Positions 54,850 through 64,000 of a DNA stretch of 64,000 nucleotides are shown here, piece after piece. Location of the stretch: NCBI GenBank assembly GCA_051599415.1, contig AP039697.1, positions 434,001-498,000 on the forward strand, written 5' to 3'. Each line of letters opens with the position of its first letter. Positions within the stretch are counted from its first letter, which is position 1. This stretch comes from Savitreella phatthalungensis. Taxonomy: Eukaryota. Position numbers and translations under genes: made by a program. The notes under the pieces were generated by a model, which did not search any database, was not told where the DNA came from, and saw only the letters and a list, made by a program, of their open reading frames with translations.

Positions 54850-56631
54850 TCATATCAACTCAGATCGTTCGCCCAGTTTTGCCGCCGCTTGCATGAGTTT
54901 AGAGTTGAGCATCTCGTCATCCGACTCGAGCCGGCCTGAGTTGACAAGTGCCAGCCTGGCGGCGACTTGATGGGCTTCATCCTCGCCATCAGAATCTTCC
55001 TCGTCGTCGGAGCCTCCTGAGTCCTCAGGAGAGACGTGCTCGAGCCGCTCGAATTCTTCAACTTGAAACTTATTATCGAATCTGACCTTCTTTTCACCCC
55101 GAGAAAGATCAACGAGGGCATCGTCCTCACCCTTGATTGTCGTATGTTCGTGCACAGAATATGGAATGCTTGCACGAATGACGTCTTTCGCGTGTTCGAT
55201 AGGCGGCAGGTCAGGGTCCTCATTGAGGGGCAACTCTCGGCCTGCAGCGTTGGCGAATCGCGCGAGGCGCTGATGAATTTCATACGCCGATGGCCGATCG
55301 CGCGGTTGTTGGACCAGAACCTGTCGCACGATGTCCATCAGCTCCAATCGGAGCTTCTCGTCATTTGCATCGTTCATGGCTGGCAAGTCGTCGAGCTTTT
55401 TATTCAGCTCCGATTGCGGCAATGCAGCGACCATGTAGCCAAATGCCGCCGCATCCCGAATCGGTCGGTGGTGTTGCTCCGAGGCAGACTCTTGCTCTGC
55501 TAGGCCGTAAAGCAGCTCCAACAGTGTAACTCCTAACATCCAGATATCCGTACCTCGCCGCGATACGTCTACCTTCTGCTCCGGAGCGGTGTAGAAAAGA
55601 TCTGTCTGGATTGTGAGATGCGACATTGTAGAGACAGATGTCGGATGCGCCAGACGACCTGCCAACGGATCGCCGCTCTTGGCCATCGATAGTGAAGGCG
55701 TGACCATGCCGTCGCCGACGTCGTCCTCGACATAGATGCGGGATGTGCTGAGATCTGACAGGTAAATACCGCCTTGCTCGGTCAATAGAATGTTTCTCGG
55801 ATTGATGTTGACGTGCTTGACGCCGTGGCAGTGAATGTGGTACAGCAGACTGCCAAGACAATAGCCAACACGTAGCACCAGATCTAGGCCATAGGCTCCT
55901 GCTGCAATCACGTCCTCCAGACGGTAATCGCACCATGGCTCCATCGCCATCTTTTGAACCACTTTGCCGGTCCTCGTCGTACGATATGTACAGATCGTGC
56001 GAAGCGCATTCGGGTGTGGCAGCATGAGGTTCTGAATCATGATGTCGAATGACACGTCAATCTCCGGCGAATACTCCTTGAGGGCGACTCTGCGTATATC
56101 ATTGTCTGTCGTCATTGCACTCCGAACAATGGCAAAGGGTCCGCGAAGGTAGGATTTGGCAGAATAAGTGAACGGCTCTTCCTGGTGAGGTCTCAGAATA
56201 GGGTTAGTGCCTTTGTCGACGCGGGTCGGATGCATCGATTCTCGCCATGTCGCCGGCTCTCCGTGCACGAAGAACTTGATGAGCTTTGTCTTAATCGGCC
56301 GTTCACAAGGCAGAATTTGCAGCTTGTCAATGTCAAGCCCATGCTCGTCGTCCTTGGTAAATCGCTCGTAGAAGCTAGGGACCGTGTATAATCCTAGCTT
56401 ATCCTCCAGGTATGTCACCAAGTCATCAGTGTCCTTACGACGCTTGCCTTCGGACCACTTAGGAAAGGAGTCAATGATCTGTGTGACAAAGTCGCGCAAG
56501 TCGGGCTCGAGGAGCTGACCATTCTCTTCTCCCGACATTCCTCCGGTGACTTCTTCTTCCAGCAACGGCAGGCTCGCGATGGAGGAAGCGCGTGGCAGCG
56601 GTCGCCGTGCAGCCTGCCCTGAGCCGGACAT
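54850..56631 (-). CDS. Protein kinase-fold protein, probable pseudokinase
   Basis: VALK, HVNINPRNILL (catalytic Asp replaced by Asn), DLS in place of DFG, YTAPE, DIWMLG and RPSA. Confidence 0.8.
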   Translation of the reverse strand: MSGSGQAARRPLPRASSIASLPLLEEEVTGGMSGEENGQLLEPDLRDFVTQIIDSFPKWSEGKRRKDTDDLVTYLEDKLGLYTVPSFYERFTKDDEHGLDIDKLQILPCERPIKTKLIKFFVHGEPATWRESMHPTRVDKGTNPILRPHQEEPFTYSAKSYLRGPFAIVRSAMTTDNDIRRVALKEYSPEIDVSFDIMIQNLMLPHPNALRTICTYRTTRTGKVVQKMAMEPWCDYRLEDVIAAGAYGLDLVLRVGYCLGSLLYHIHCHGVKHVNINPRNILLTEQGGIYLSDLSTSRIYVEDDVGDGMVTPSLSMAKSGDPLAGRLAHPTSVSTMSHLTIQTDLFYTAPEQKVDVSRRGTDIWMLGVTLLELLYGLAEQESASEQHHRPIRDAAAFGYMVAALPQSELNKKLDDLPAMNDANDEKLRLELMDIVRQVLVQQPRDRPSAYEIHQRLARFANAAGRELPLNEDPDLPPIEHAKDVIRASIPYSVHEHTTIKGEDDALVDLSRGEKKVRFDNKFQVEEFERLEHVSPEDSGGSDDEEDSDGEDEAHQVAARLALVNSGRLESDDEMLNSKLMQAAAKLGERSELI

Positions 56632-56686
56632 GTGCACGCGACAATGTCAAAACGCGACGATCACAGATTTACTTGGACCTGGTGTA

Positions 56687-57493
56687 ATGACGCGCATTTT
56701 AGTCAACGGCGTCTCACACGAATCTATAGGCAGGTTTGCCTGCAAAACGCTTGCAGCGCACGACACAGATGTCGAGCTCGTCATCTTGCAGCGCGATCCC
56801 GAGACAGACTCATCCAAGCAGGCTATCGCAGATCTGGCAAATGTCAAGCATACGGTCTACAAATTCGACCTTCTGGAAGAAGACGAGGTCGCAATCGAAG
56901 GACCGCCATTCGATGTTGTCATTCTAGTCGCTGCTACCATGTCTCAGCAGGCGCTCAAGGTGAATGTGCTTGGCAGCCATCGTCTGATCAATCTGATGGA
57001 GCGTAGAGGCTTGCTGTCGAACTCGTGTCGTATCGTGGTTGTCTCTAGCAGCCTGCACACTAAAGCAGACCTAAATACCTCGCTTGATCTGCTTGACAGT
57101 GACGAGCTCGAGCCCAGCCTGCAATCTTACGGTCAGACAAAGCTTTTACAGGCAATTGACGCTCAGTATTGGCATGCGCATTTTAAGAATTCTGGGAGAC
57201 GAGTGGTTCTAGTCTCACCAGGATTCATTCCTACTTCAGGGCTCTCGCGTGACGTTTCCGCAGCGAAGCGATTGGCGATGCGCTGGATCTTGCATTACAT
57301 GCCCTTCGCACGTACTCTGTCGCAGGGAGGAAATTCCGTTGCATACGCAGCCGTGCTTGACCCTCTGCCAGAGTCCGACATCGTCATTTATCTTTCACCG
57401 AACATGGAACAGATTCCTACACATCCAGGAGTCAGAGATGCAGCAGCCGTGCAGAAGGTCGAGACGTGGTGCCGGGAACAGCTCACGCGCTAA
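56687..57493 (+). CDS. Short-chain dehydrogenase/reductase
   Basis: ILVNGVSHESIG nucleotide-binding variant, VNVLG, RIVVVSS, YGQTK (YxxxK) and VSPGFIPT. Confidence 0.85.
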   Translation: MTRILVNGVSHESIGRFACKTLAAHDTDVELVILQRDPETDSSKQAIADLANVKHTVYKFDLLEEDEVAIEGPPFDVVILVAATMSQQALKVNVLGSHRLINLMERRGLLSNSCRIVVVSSSLHTKADLNTSLDLLDSDELEPSLQSYGQTKLLQAIDAQYWHAHFKNSGRRVVLVSPGFIPTSGLSRDVSAAKRLAMRWILHYMPFARTLSQGGNSVAYAAVLDPLPESDIVIYLSPNMEQIPTHPGVRDAAAVQKVETWCREQLTR

Positions 57494-58622
57494 AGCGCTT
57501 GTCGTAAGTTTCTTGCTCCAGCGCTTCAGCGACGATGGAACGGCCACCGAAGAGTCGGCCATGCAAACCTGTCAAGGCTTTACGAGCGCCATCGGCGTGC
57601 TCGAAGCACATGTAAATGTGCCCGACAGAATCCTTGTCAACATGGCACCCTCGAACAATGCCATATTTCTCTTCGCACTCAGCAGTCACATCCTCCTCTA
57701 GTTCTTTCTGCCAAGAGTCTCCGCTTTCTTCGCGTGGGTCGAACATATTTCTGAGCAACAAGCAAGTCTGCGCGTCAGCCTGTCTCGCCTGTGCTGCGCT
57801 TGGGGACGACGTGTCTTGCGGCTCCGGTGTTTCCGCGCTGCCCAGGCCAACGCGAATAGGCCTACCCACAAGCTCGTGACCATTCATCTGCTCGAGCGCC
57901 TGTTTAGCATGGTCAGCATCTTGAAAGTGGATGAATCCGTAACCCCGTGATCGACCCGTTTCCTGATCTCTTGTTAGCGTTACACTCACAAGCGGTCCAA
58001 ATCCTTCAAAGATAGCCCGAATGTCATCTTCGCCGATAGAGAAGTGTATGTTGCCCACGTACAAGCGATGAAAAGGCTTGCCGTGGCTGCGCGGAAGCGT
58101 AGCTCGGCCGACCCGCTGCGCCTCCTGCTTAGCGAGACGATTCTTCTCTGCTTCGGTCAGCTGAGCAATGACTGGAATGCCAAGTAACCTCTGTCCTGTT
58201 AGCGCAAGTCCAAGCGGCACAGACTCAGGTTGCTCAAATTCGACGTATCCAACACCTTTGGACCTGCCGGAAACACGATCCTTTACGATCTGCGCATCAC
58301 GCACCCGCCCAGCCTGCTCGAAGAATGCAATTAGCTCTTTCGTCCGCAGTCTCGCGGCTAGCTGCTGCACAAAGATTGTGCGCGCGTCCCTGGCACCATC
58401 ATCCTCGGGCGTCACGGCCCGATGCTGGTGAGTCACTGAAGTCCTGTGATAAGGTGATGCGTGTCTCCGCCGCGGCGATCTTGATCTGTACCTCGGCCTG
58501 TCGTTTCTTCTGTAGTCCCTATTGTCACGCAAATCGTCCTGTCGCTCACTGTCAGAAAATCGATGCGAATGCGCATTGGGACTGGCGCTACCCTTAATCC
58601 GACGGCCAGACCCTGATGCCAT
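57483..58622 (-). CDS. RBM39/Rsd1/PAD-1-like splicing factor (RS region, two RRMs, UHM)
   Basis: RDARTIFVQQLAARLR, KGVGYVEF, RLYVGNIHFSI and LLRNMFDP.EE motifs. Confidence 0.92.
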   Translation of the reverse strand: MASGSGRRIKGSASPNAHSHRFSDSERQDDLRDNRDYRRNDRPRYRSRSPRRRHASPYHRTSVTHQHRAVTPEDDGARDARTIFVQQLAARLRTKELIAFFEQAGRVRDAQIVKDRVSGRSKGVGYVEFEQPESVPLGLALTGQRLLGIPVIAQLTEAEKNRLAKQEAQRVGRATLPRSHGKPFHRLYVGNIHFSIGEDDIRAIFEGFGPLVSVTLTRDQETGRSRGYGFIHFQDADHAKQALEQMNGHELVGRPIRVGLGSAETPEPQDTSSPSAAQARQADAQTCLLLRNMFDPREESGDSWQKELEEDVTAECEEKYGIVRGCHVDKDSVGHIYMCFEHADGARKALTGLHGRLFGGRSIVAEALEQETYDKRFSA

Positions 58623-59964
58623 GGTCCACTGGATTGTGTGTATTGAACGCTGTCAGCAACCTGGTCGATCCGGGAAGCCAAACATTTGTGCACCCTTCAA
58701 CGGGTTTCGATCAGGATCCGAGTGTGGAGAGAGAAAACGAGCATACGCATTTTGAGCAAGACAATACCAACTGATTCACAATCCAACTTAAATGCACGAG
58801 TCCACAGTTATCATTCCGTGTACCACGATCGATGATGTAGAGGTATCGATGTTTGGAGCGCAGGACAGGTAAATTACTGCGGCACAGCTTGCTACAATGC
58901 CTTCCGGGCAATTGTCAGTGCCGGGATCTTGTAGCTTCCATCGAACCTAGCCTGTTGTCACTTGAAGAGTATCTCAATCGATCTCGTTCTCAAGTCTACA
59001 TATGCCGCCAGCGGCTTGCATCCAGGGACTGGCGCTGCAGCAGTACAGTGGTGTCGCTTGACTGTTCAACGCAGATTGACCTCGAATCGAATACACACGG
59101 TCTCTTGTAGTGCATCTTACAGCAACACTGAGTTGCCAATCTTCGTTGAGGCTTTAAGTGCAATTGCTCAAGTTCTGCTGAATGACTATGCAGGTCATCA
59201 CATCGAAATAAAGATGAGTGTCATAACAAATGGTCAATGAGTTGTTCTGCAGAATCTGAAACTGCAGTGATGCGAATGCTGGAGCGACGACCGCCATTTG
59301 CAGCATCATACATGCTCTGGGGCTTTGCCAGGGCGATGCTCATGCGACTCAATTTAGAGAGCGTTTAAGCCGCCGAGCTTCAACATGAATTGCCATGTCG
59401 CATTGCTCAAGGATCCTCGCATCGATCATGTTGAATCCCTTTGAGGCCCAGGATTAGTCAAGATTCGACGGTCGTCTTCAATCCCGGCCAGTTCTCATCT
59501 TATCATGCGCTCAGGGCGAAAAGCATAGGATACCATTATTCTGCGTGTAACACTGTCCCGAATCTCTTCCGAGTGGCGAGTGGTGCCCACTGTATTGGCA
59601 TCACCGGAGGGATTGCCCGAAGTTCTTCTATATCCACCTGATCGGTATCTTTGAGCTAGCGTCTCGGATATCGAAATACAAAATCGTTTTTGCTTTCGTT
59701 TAGGTCCAGGCTGTTGTCACTGTTGGTGCACAAGGAGCTCCGGCGGTAAAAGTTGGATTTCAAATCGATTGTTTGGCTCATCACTGCGTCGGAAAGACGC
59801 CTGTAACGTGGCTAAGTGGCTGACAAGCTCAATACAAAGTGACTCGTAATGGACTGTATGCTCTGGCACCTGATTACGCTACAGCATGCTAGCCTGATCT
59901 TGATCCGGGCCAGGTTGTCTCAAAGCTTAACATCTTGCCTCGATCTGCACCACGAAGACGTTTC

Positions 59965-60564
59965 TCATCGATGTCGTGCAGCTGAAGGCGTTGGCGTCGG
60001 CGTCAGAACTGGAGTTGATCTGACGGCTGCGCTCTTACTCACAGTCGAAGAGCCCTTCGATGGCCGTCGATGATTTGTAGGCTCTGTTGCAACAAAATGA
60101 CCACCGTCATCAGAAGGACGGCCATGGTAAGTCGATTGAGACGAGGCGGAAGGTGTTACAGCTACCCGACTTTGACTTCTCGTAGCTCCTGTGTGCTTGC
60201 CACAAGCGAGCCATTCTCGTTTGCCATCAACTTTGTTGATCTCGTTCACACTGAAACTCTCGGTGCAAATGAAAAAGGAAGTCCGATTATTGCTCAGCTG
60301 GCCGACAACTCGGTATCGGGTGTCACTCGGGCTCTCGTCTGCACAGTAGAGCAGATGTGCGGGCTTGTATGTGTCTGAGGCTTTCGTCGTACAATCACCT
60401 ATATCTCCTGGCTCCGCGATCTTATGGGTGTAGAAGCAGCGCCGCTCTGCCCAATCCTCATCGATCGCCACATCGCCACACTGAGCGTATCCTGAGCTTT
60501 TGGGATTATCGATCGTGATCCGCGCTGCAGCAAACGACGCGAGTACGAACCAATAAGTCAGCAT
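59965..60564 (-). CDS. Small secreted cysteine-containing protein (effector-like)
   Basis: Signal peptide MLTYWFVLASFAAA, six Cys within about 110 aa, S/T/P-rich tail. Confidence 0.7.
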   Translation of the reverse strand: MLTYWFVLASFAAARITIDNPKSSGYAQCGDVAIDEDWAERRCFYTHKIAEPGDIGDCTTKASDTYKPAHLLYCADESPSDTRYRVVGQLSNNRTSFFICTESFSVNEINKVDGKREWLACGKHTGATRSQSRVAVTPSASSQSTYHGRPSDDGGHFVATEPTNHRRPSKGSSTVSKSAAVRSTPVLTPTPTPSAARHR

Positions 60565-61123
60565 GTCGTGTCATTTGGGAGAGATTCCCAAAGGTTCTTT
60601 AAATTGCTCCGAGAGGATTCTCGTCAGCTGATGCGTGACCACATACCACGCTCGAGAACAATCCTCGCGTGCACCCTTCCCCGAACCTCTGCATCACGTG
60701 CTACAAACGGGTATAGTATGCTCCTTCACCAACTCAGAGGATATTTGAGTCGACTCAATAAAACTGTAAATTTATCAAACATTCAATTCAGATCCGCCAG
60801 CGTATACGTACGTATAAATGACACAAATAATAATGCGTAATCAAGTGGAAATGCTTTTCAATCATTAAAATTCAATGATCATTTCATCGATTATCATGCA
60901 TGCATGCTATATCAATCGACCGAGCATTCGAATATGATCAAAGTCGTAACGCGCTTGCTTGAAAGTATCAGCCATTTTGTATTGATATCCCGCATGCACA
61001 AACTGCAAGATTGATCACTCCCCCAATCGCCATATAGTCAGTCATGTTCAAGTCTGGCTTATCTATTCCGGATCTCTCGTCATAGTGGTCGAAAGCGCAC
61101 CGGAGTCACCGCGGACGAGCTCC

Positions 61124-62359
61124 ATGTCAGATTTACTGACTAGGGTTGATCAGACTCCGGTCGATGAGTTGCCTGTTCTTATCGATGAAGTCGTTGAGCG
61201 GGCCGCATCACTACCCCGAATAACTTCCGTTCCACTTCTGACTCAATTGATACAGCGTATCAAGGACGACGAATCGCTGCTGCAGAGATGTCTGGAAAAG
61301 CTGACTCCTCATGCCAGCACTTTCGAAGAGCAGGTTTCACAGGTGAGAGAGACCCTGGCGACAAAGCTTGAGGCCGAGCAAGCATACCTCGAAGCCGCTA
61401 GAGTATTGCAGGGCTTATCTCTCGAGTCTGGCCAGAGACAGATTTCCGACGATTACAAGCTGAGAACCTATATTCGGATTGTACGCTGTCTGCTCGAGGA
61501 GGATGAAGCCGTCGATGCAGACACCTACTTATCAAGGGCGACCGCCCTGATGCATACACAGGCCGGCAAGGAGGATCCTGAACTACAGCTTCACTTCAAG
61601 CTATCGCAGGCACGTGTGCTCGATGCGAAGCGCAAGTTTCAAGAAGCATCGCAGCGATACATTGAGCTGGCGGATAATGATCTCGTTGCGCCTGAGGAAC
61701 AACTCAAGTGTATCGAAGCCGCCATCGCTTGCGCCGTGCTTGCGCCGGCCGGCAAACAGCGATCTCGAACCCTCCGAACACTCTTCCGCGATGCTCGCCA
61801 CGCACGGACGAATCCGGTGTCAGCCAAGGTGTTGGAGAAGATGCATCTGCAGAGGCTCATTACACAGGCAGATGTGTCGGAATTCGAGCAGACCCTGCGA
61901 CCACAGCAAAGCGCCCTTGTGCCCGATGCTGCCGGTAGCATGACAACCTTGCTGGCTCGTGCAGTCACTGAGCACAACATCATCGCGCTCTCTCATGTAT
62001 ACGAGAATATACTTCTCTCAAGACTGCCGCAGCTACTTGGTGTACCACACGCTGAGCGCATTGTGCGAGAGATGATCGTGGCTGGTAGACTGCGCGCTGT
62101 GATTGATCAGGTCGACGGAGTGCTGTTTCTGCTAGATCAGAGCGATGCGGCCGACGACGGGGCTGAGGATGAGGAATTGACAGCCGAAGCTGGCACAACA
62201 ATGCTCCAGGCCGACTCCGGCGTCGTCGAGGACAACGCAGCAACCAAGCTAGCAACGACAAACGCACGCAGACCTGCTGAAGCCTTTGACACGCGGGTGA
62301 CAACGATAATCCAGGCTGTAGAGCAATTGTCGACGGATCTTCGGCTCGTAATGACATGA
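61124..62359 (+). CDS. CSN4: COP9 signalosome subunit 4 (PCI domain)
   Basis: FEEQV...RETLA, AARVLQG..LESGQR, ARVLDAKRKF.EA, LAPAGKQRSR and RAVTEHNI motifs. Confidence 0.92.
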   Translation: MSDLLTRVDQTPVDELPVLIDEVVERAASLPRITSVPLLTQLIQRIKDDESLLQRCLEKLTPHASTFEEQVSQVRETLATKLEAEQAYLEAARVLQGLSLESGQRQISDDYKLRTYIRIVRCLLEEDEAVDADTYLSRATALMHTQAGKEDPELQLHFKLSQARVLDAKRKFQEASQRYIELADNDLVAPEEQLKCIEAAIACAVLAPAGKQRSRTLRTLFRDARHARTNPVSAKVLEKMHLQRLITQADVSEFEQTLRPQQSALVPDAAGSMTTLLARAVTEHNIIALSHVYENILLSRLPQLLGVPHAERIVREMIVAGRLRAVIDQVDGVLFLLDQSDAADDGAEDEELTAEAGTTMLQADSGVVEDNAATKLATTNARRPAEAFDTRVTTIIQAVEQLSTDLRLVMT

Positions 62360-62386
62360 ATGAATGAGTATTCTAGATCCTTCTGT

Positions 62387-64000
62387 CTAGCGCGACCTCC
62401 TTGAACCCAATCCAATCTTGCCGCTGTACAGGTGCTTCGGCTTCGTCTCTGCGATGTGTCTGTCGGACTCTGATGCACGAGCCATGCGGTTACGCTCGCG
62501 TTGCTGTACTTTGAGCAAACGTTCCGCTTTAGAGCGCATGATTTCCGTAGCGAAGCCAGCGCGAGAGCGGTCGCGAGTCGGTGCACGGGAGACAGACCGA
62601 ATGCGAGAGACTGATCTTGCAGCGGCCTCTGAGTCGACCATGTCAATATCTGCCGCGGGCCGAGCGCGGCCACGACTCGCCCGTTCTTCGATCGCCCTGG
62701 TTGGCAGGTTATTGGATTGCAATGTATCGCGAAGGTCTGAGAACTTTTGCAATCCAGCTGTGCGTGGGATTTGCGGTCGATTTTTCAGGACCTTTTTCGA
62801 TCTGGCCAACTTCTTCAACTTCTCGTTCTTTTGACGGATGAGCTGAGCTTTTGTCAGAATCTCCTCGTCGGCGTCATCCACCATCTCATCTTCCTCGTCG
62901 TAGAAGCCCTCTTTCTCAAGCGTTTCTTCTTCAGCCTCCAGCGCTGCAAGCTTGGCATCAATGTCGGGGTCAATGTAATCAGCAATGTTGCGTCCATTGA
63001 TAAGTTCTGGAGCCTTGTCAGCTTTCCATTCATCATTCTCCAGATCCCACTTCTTCTTGAGATCGTAATTGTATGTTCCTGCGCCGCCATGTTCGGCTTC
63101 GAGGTCTCGCTCGAGTCGTCGTCGATCCGGTGCGTTCCAGTCATAGTGTGCTCCTACCACAGCGCCGTCGGGAATGTGGGGCAACCTGGGATTGTCATCT
63201 CTGGCGGCTGGATTGGACAGATGTATCCGATTGAGCACATCGTTGATCTTATTACCGCGCAACTTTGATTCGACGCGCGCGGCCAGGAGCTTGTCGCAAG
63301 CAACATTACGAACGGCCATGACGCCCTCATCGTTGAAGCATGAAGATGTGACCATTTGCACACCAGACTCGACGATCCCCTGCAGGAGAGCAGCATTCTC
63401 CGGGTCAAGATCTTCCGGCCGCACGATGTCTATTTTGTTGACCACCAAAACGACGGGCTTATTTGCAAACAGCGGCTTGATTGAATGGAAGAGTTGCACC
63501 TGTGCTGCGATCGTATAACCGCACTGTTCCGACAGATCCATGAAATACATCACGCAGGCACGGAGATGCGCCATAGCTGTAATGCTTTGCATCTCGATCG
63601 TGTTCATTTCCTCCAGCGGATGGTCAAGAATGCCTGGTGTATCAATCACCTGCCAGCGAAGGTATCGATAGTCCATATGCCCAACGAAAAGCGACTTCGT
63701 CGTGAACGCGTATGGTTGTACATCGACATCAGCCCTTGTAATCTTATTGATGAACGATGACTTCCCGACATTCGGATAGCCGCAGAGAATCAGAGTCCGG
63801 GTATTGGTATCAATCGCTGGCAAACGACCGAGATGCTGTCTGACTTGTTCGAGATACACAAGAGAGTCCTTTGCGCGGCCTCTGAGGATTGTTGCCATGC
63901 GGCCGAGAGCAGCGCGCTTGAGCTGTTTGCATCGATACAGCGAGTCTCCGTATTTAATGAGGCGAACATAGTCCCTGGAAACCTGCTCAATCAGATGCTT
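62387..64000 (-). CDS. NOG1: Nucleolar GTP-binding protein Nog1; 5' end lies outside the window
   Basis: [33 protein letters not shown] and KPKHLYSGK motifs. The frame stays open to the window edge. Confidence 0.96.
   Translation of the reverse strand, partial: KHLIEQVSRDYVRLIKYGDSLYRCKQLKRAALGRMATILRGRAKDSLVYLEQVRQHLGRLPAIDTNTRTLILCGYPNVGKSSFINKITRADVDVQPYAFTTKSLFVGHMDYRYLRWQVIDTPGILDHPLEEMNTIEMQSITAMAHLRACVMYFMDLSEQCGYTIAAQVQLFHSIKPLFANKPVVLVVNKIDIVRPEDLDPENAALLQGIVESGVQMVTSSCFNDEGVMAVRNVACDKLLAARVESKLRGNKINDVLNRIHLSNPAARDDNPRLPHIPDGAVVGAHYDWNAPDRRRLERDLEAEHGGAGTYNYDLKKKWDLENDEWKADKAPELINGRNIADYIDPDIDAKLAALEAEEETLEKEGFYDEEDEMVDDADEEILTKAQLIRQKNEKLKKLARSKKVLKNRPQIPRTAGLQKFSDLRDTLQSNNLPTRAIEERASRGRARPAADIDMVDSEAAARSVSRIRSVSRAPTRDRSRAGFATEIMRSKAERLLKVQQRERNRMARASESDRHIAETKPKHLYSGKIGLGSRRSR

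Overview
Fungal (ascomycete) nuclear DNA. The gene content (complex I subunit, gar2/Nsr1, Mia40, Whi2, few short introns, very compact housekeeping genes) suggests an early-diverging yeast-like ascomycete such as Taphrinomycotina; this is inference only. There are three zones. (1) 1-28 kb, widely spaced genes: a beta-glucan/cell-wall group (GH16, small GPI protein, 6xWSC-GH128), SCS7, a divergent FET3/FTR1 iron-uptake pair with GATA repressor sites, a membrane-anchored bZIP factor and NSR1. (2) About 28.5-39.2 kb, an accessory region: an orphan micro-exon membrane-protein family (one intact copy plus decayed and scrambled copies), a 266-bp near-perfect inverted repeat built from that family, and two tRNA-Leu genes. 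(3) 39.4-64 kb, a very dense, largely intronless housekeeping block (UFD1-like, MIA40, ENP2, NDUFS3, WHI2, GPI19, GPATCH1-like, MED13, NOT4, GH131, CPY, pseudokinase, SDR, RBM39-like, CSN4, NOG1). Top leads: probable programmed stop-codon readthrough in NOT4 (TGA-CAA-CCA followed by 153 open in-frame codons); an ATF6/CREB3-like membrane-tethered bZIP; and a hairpin locus that could silence its own intact paralogue. All homology calls come from motif recognition by eye; no searches were run.
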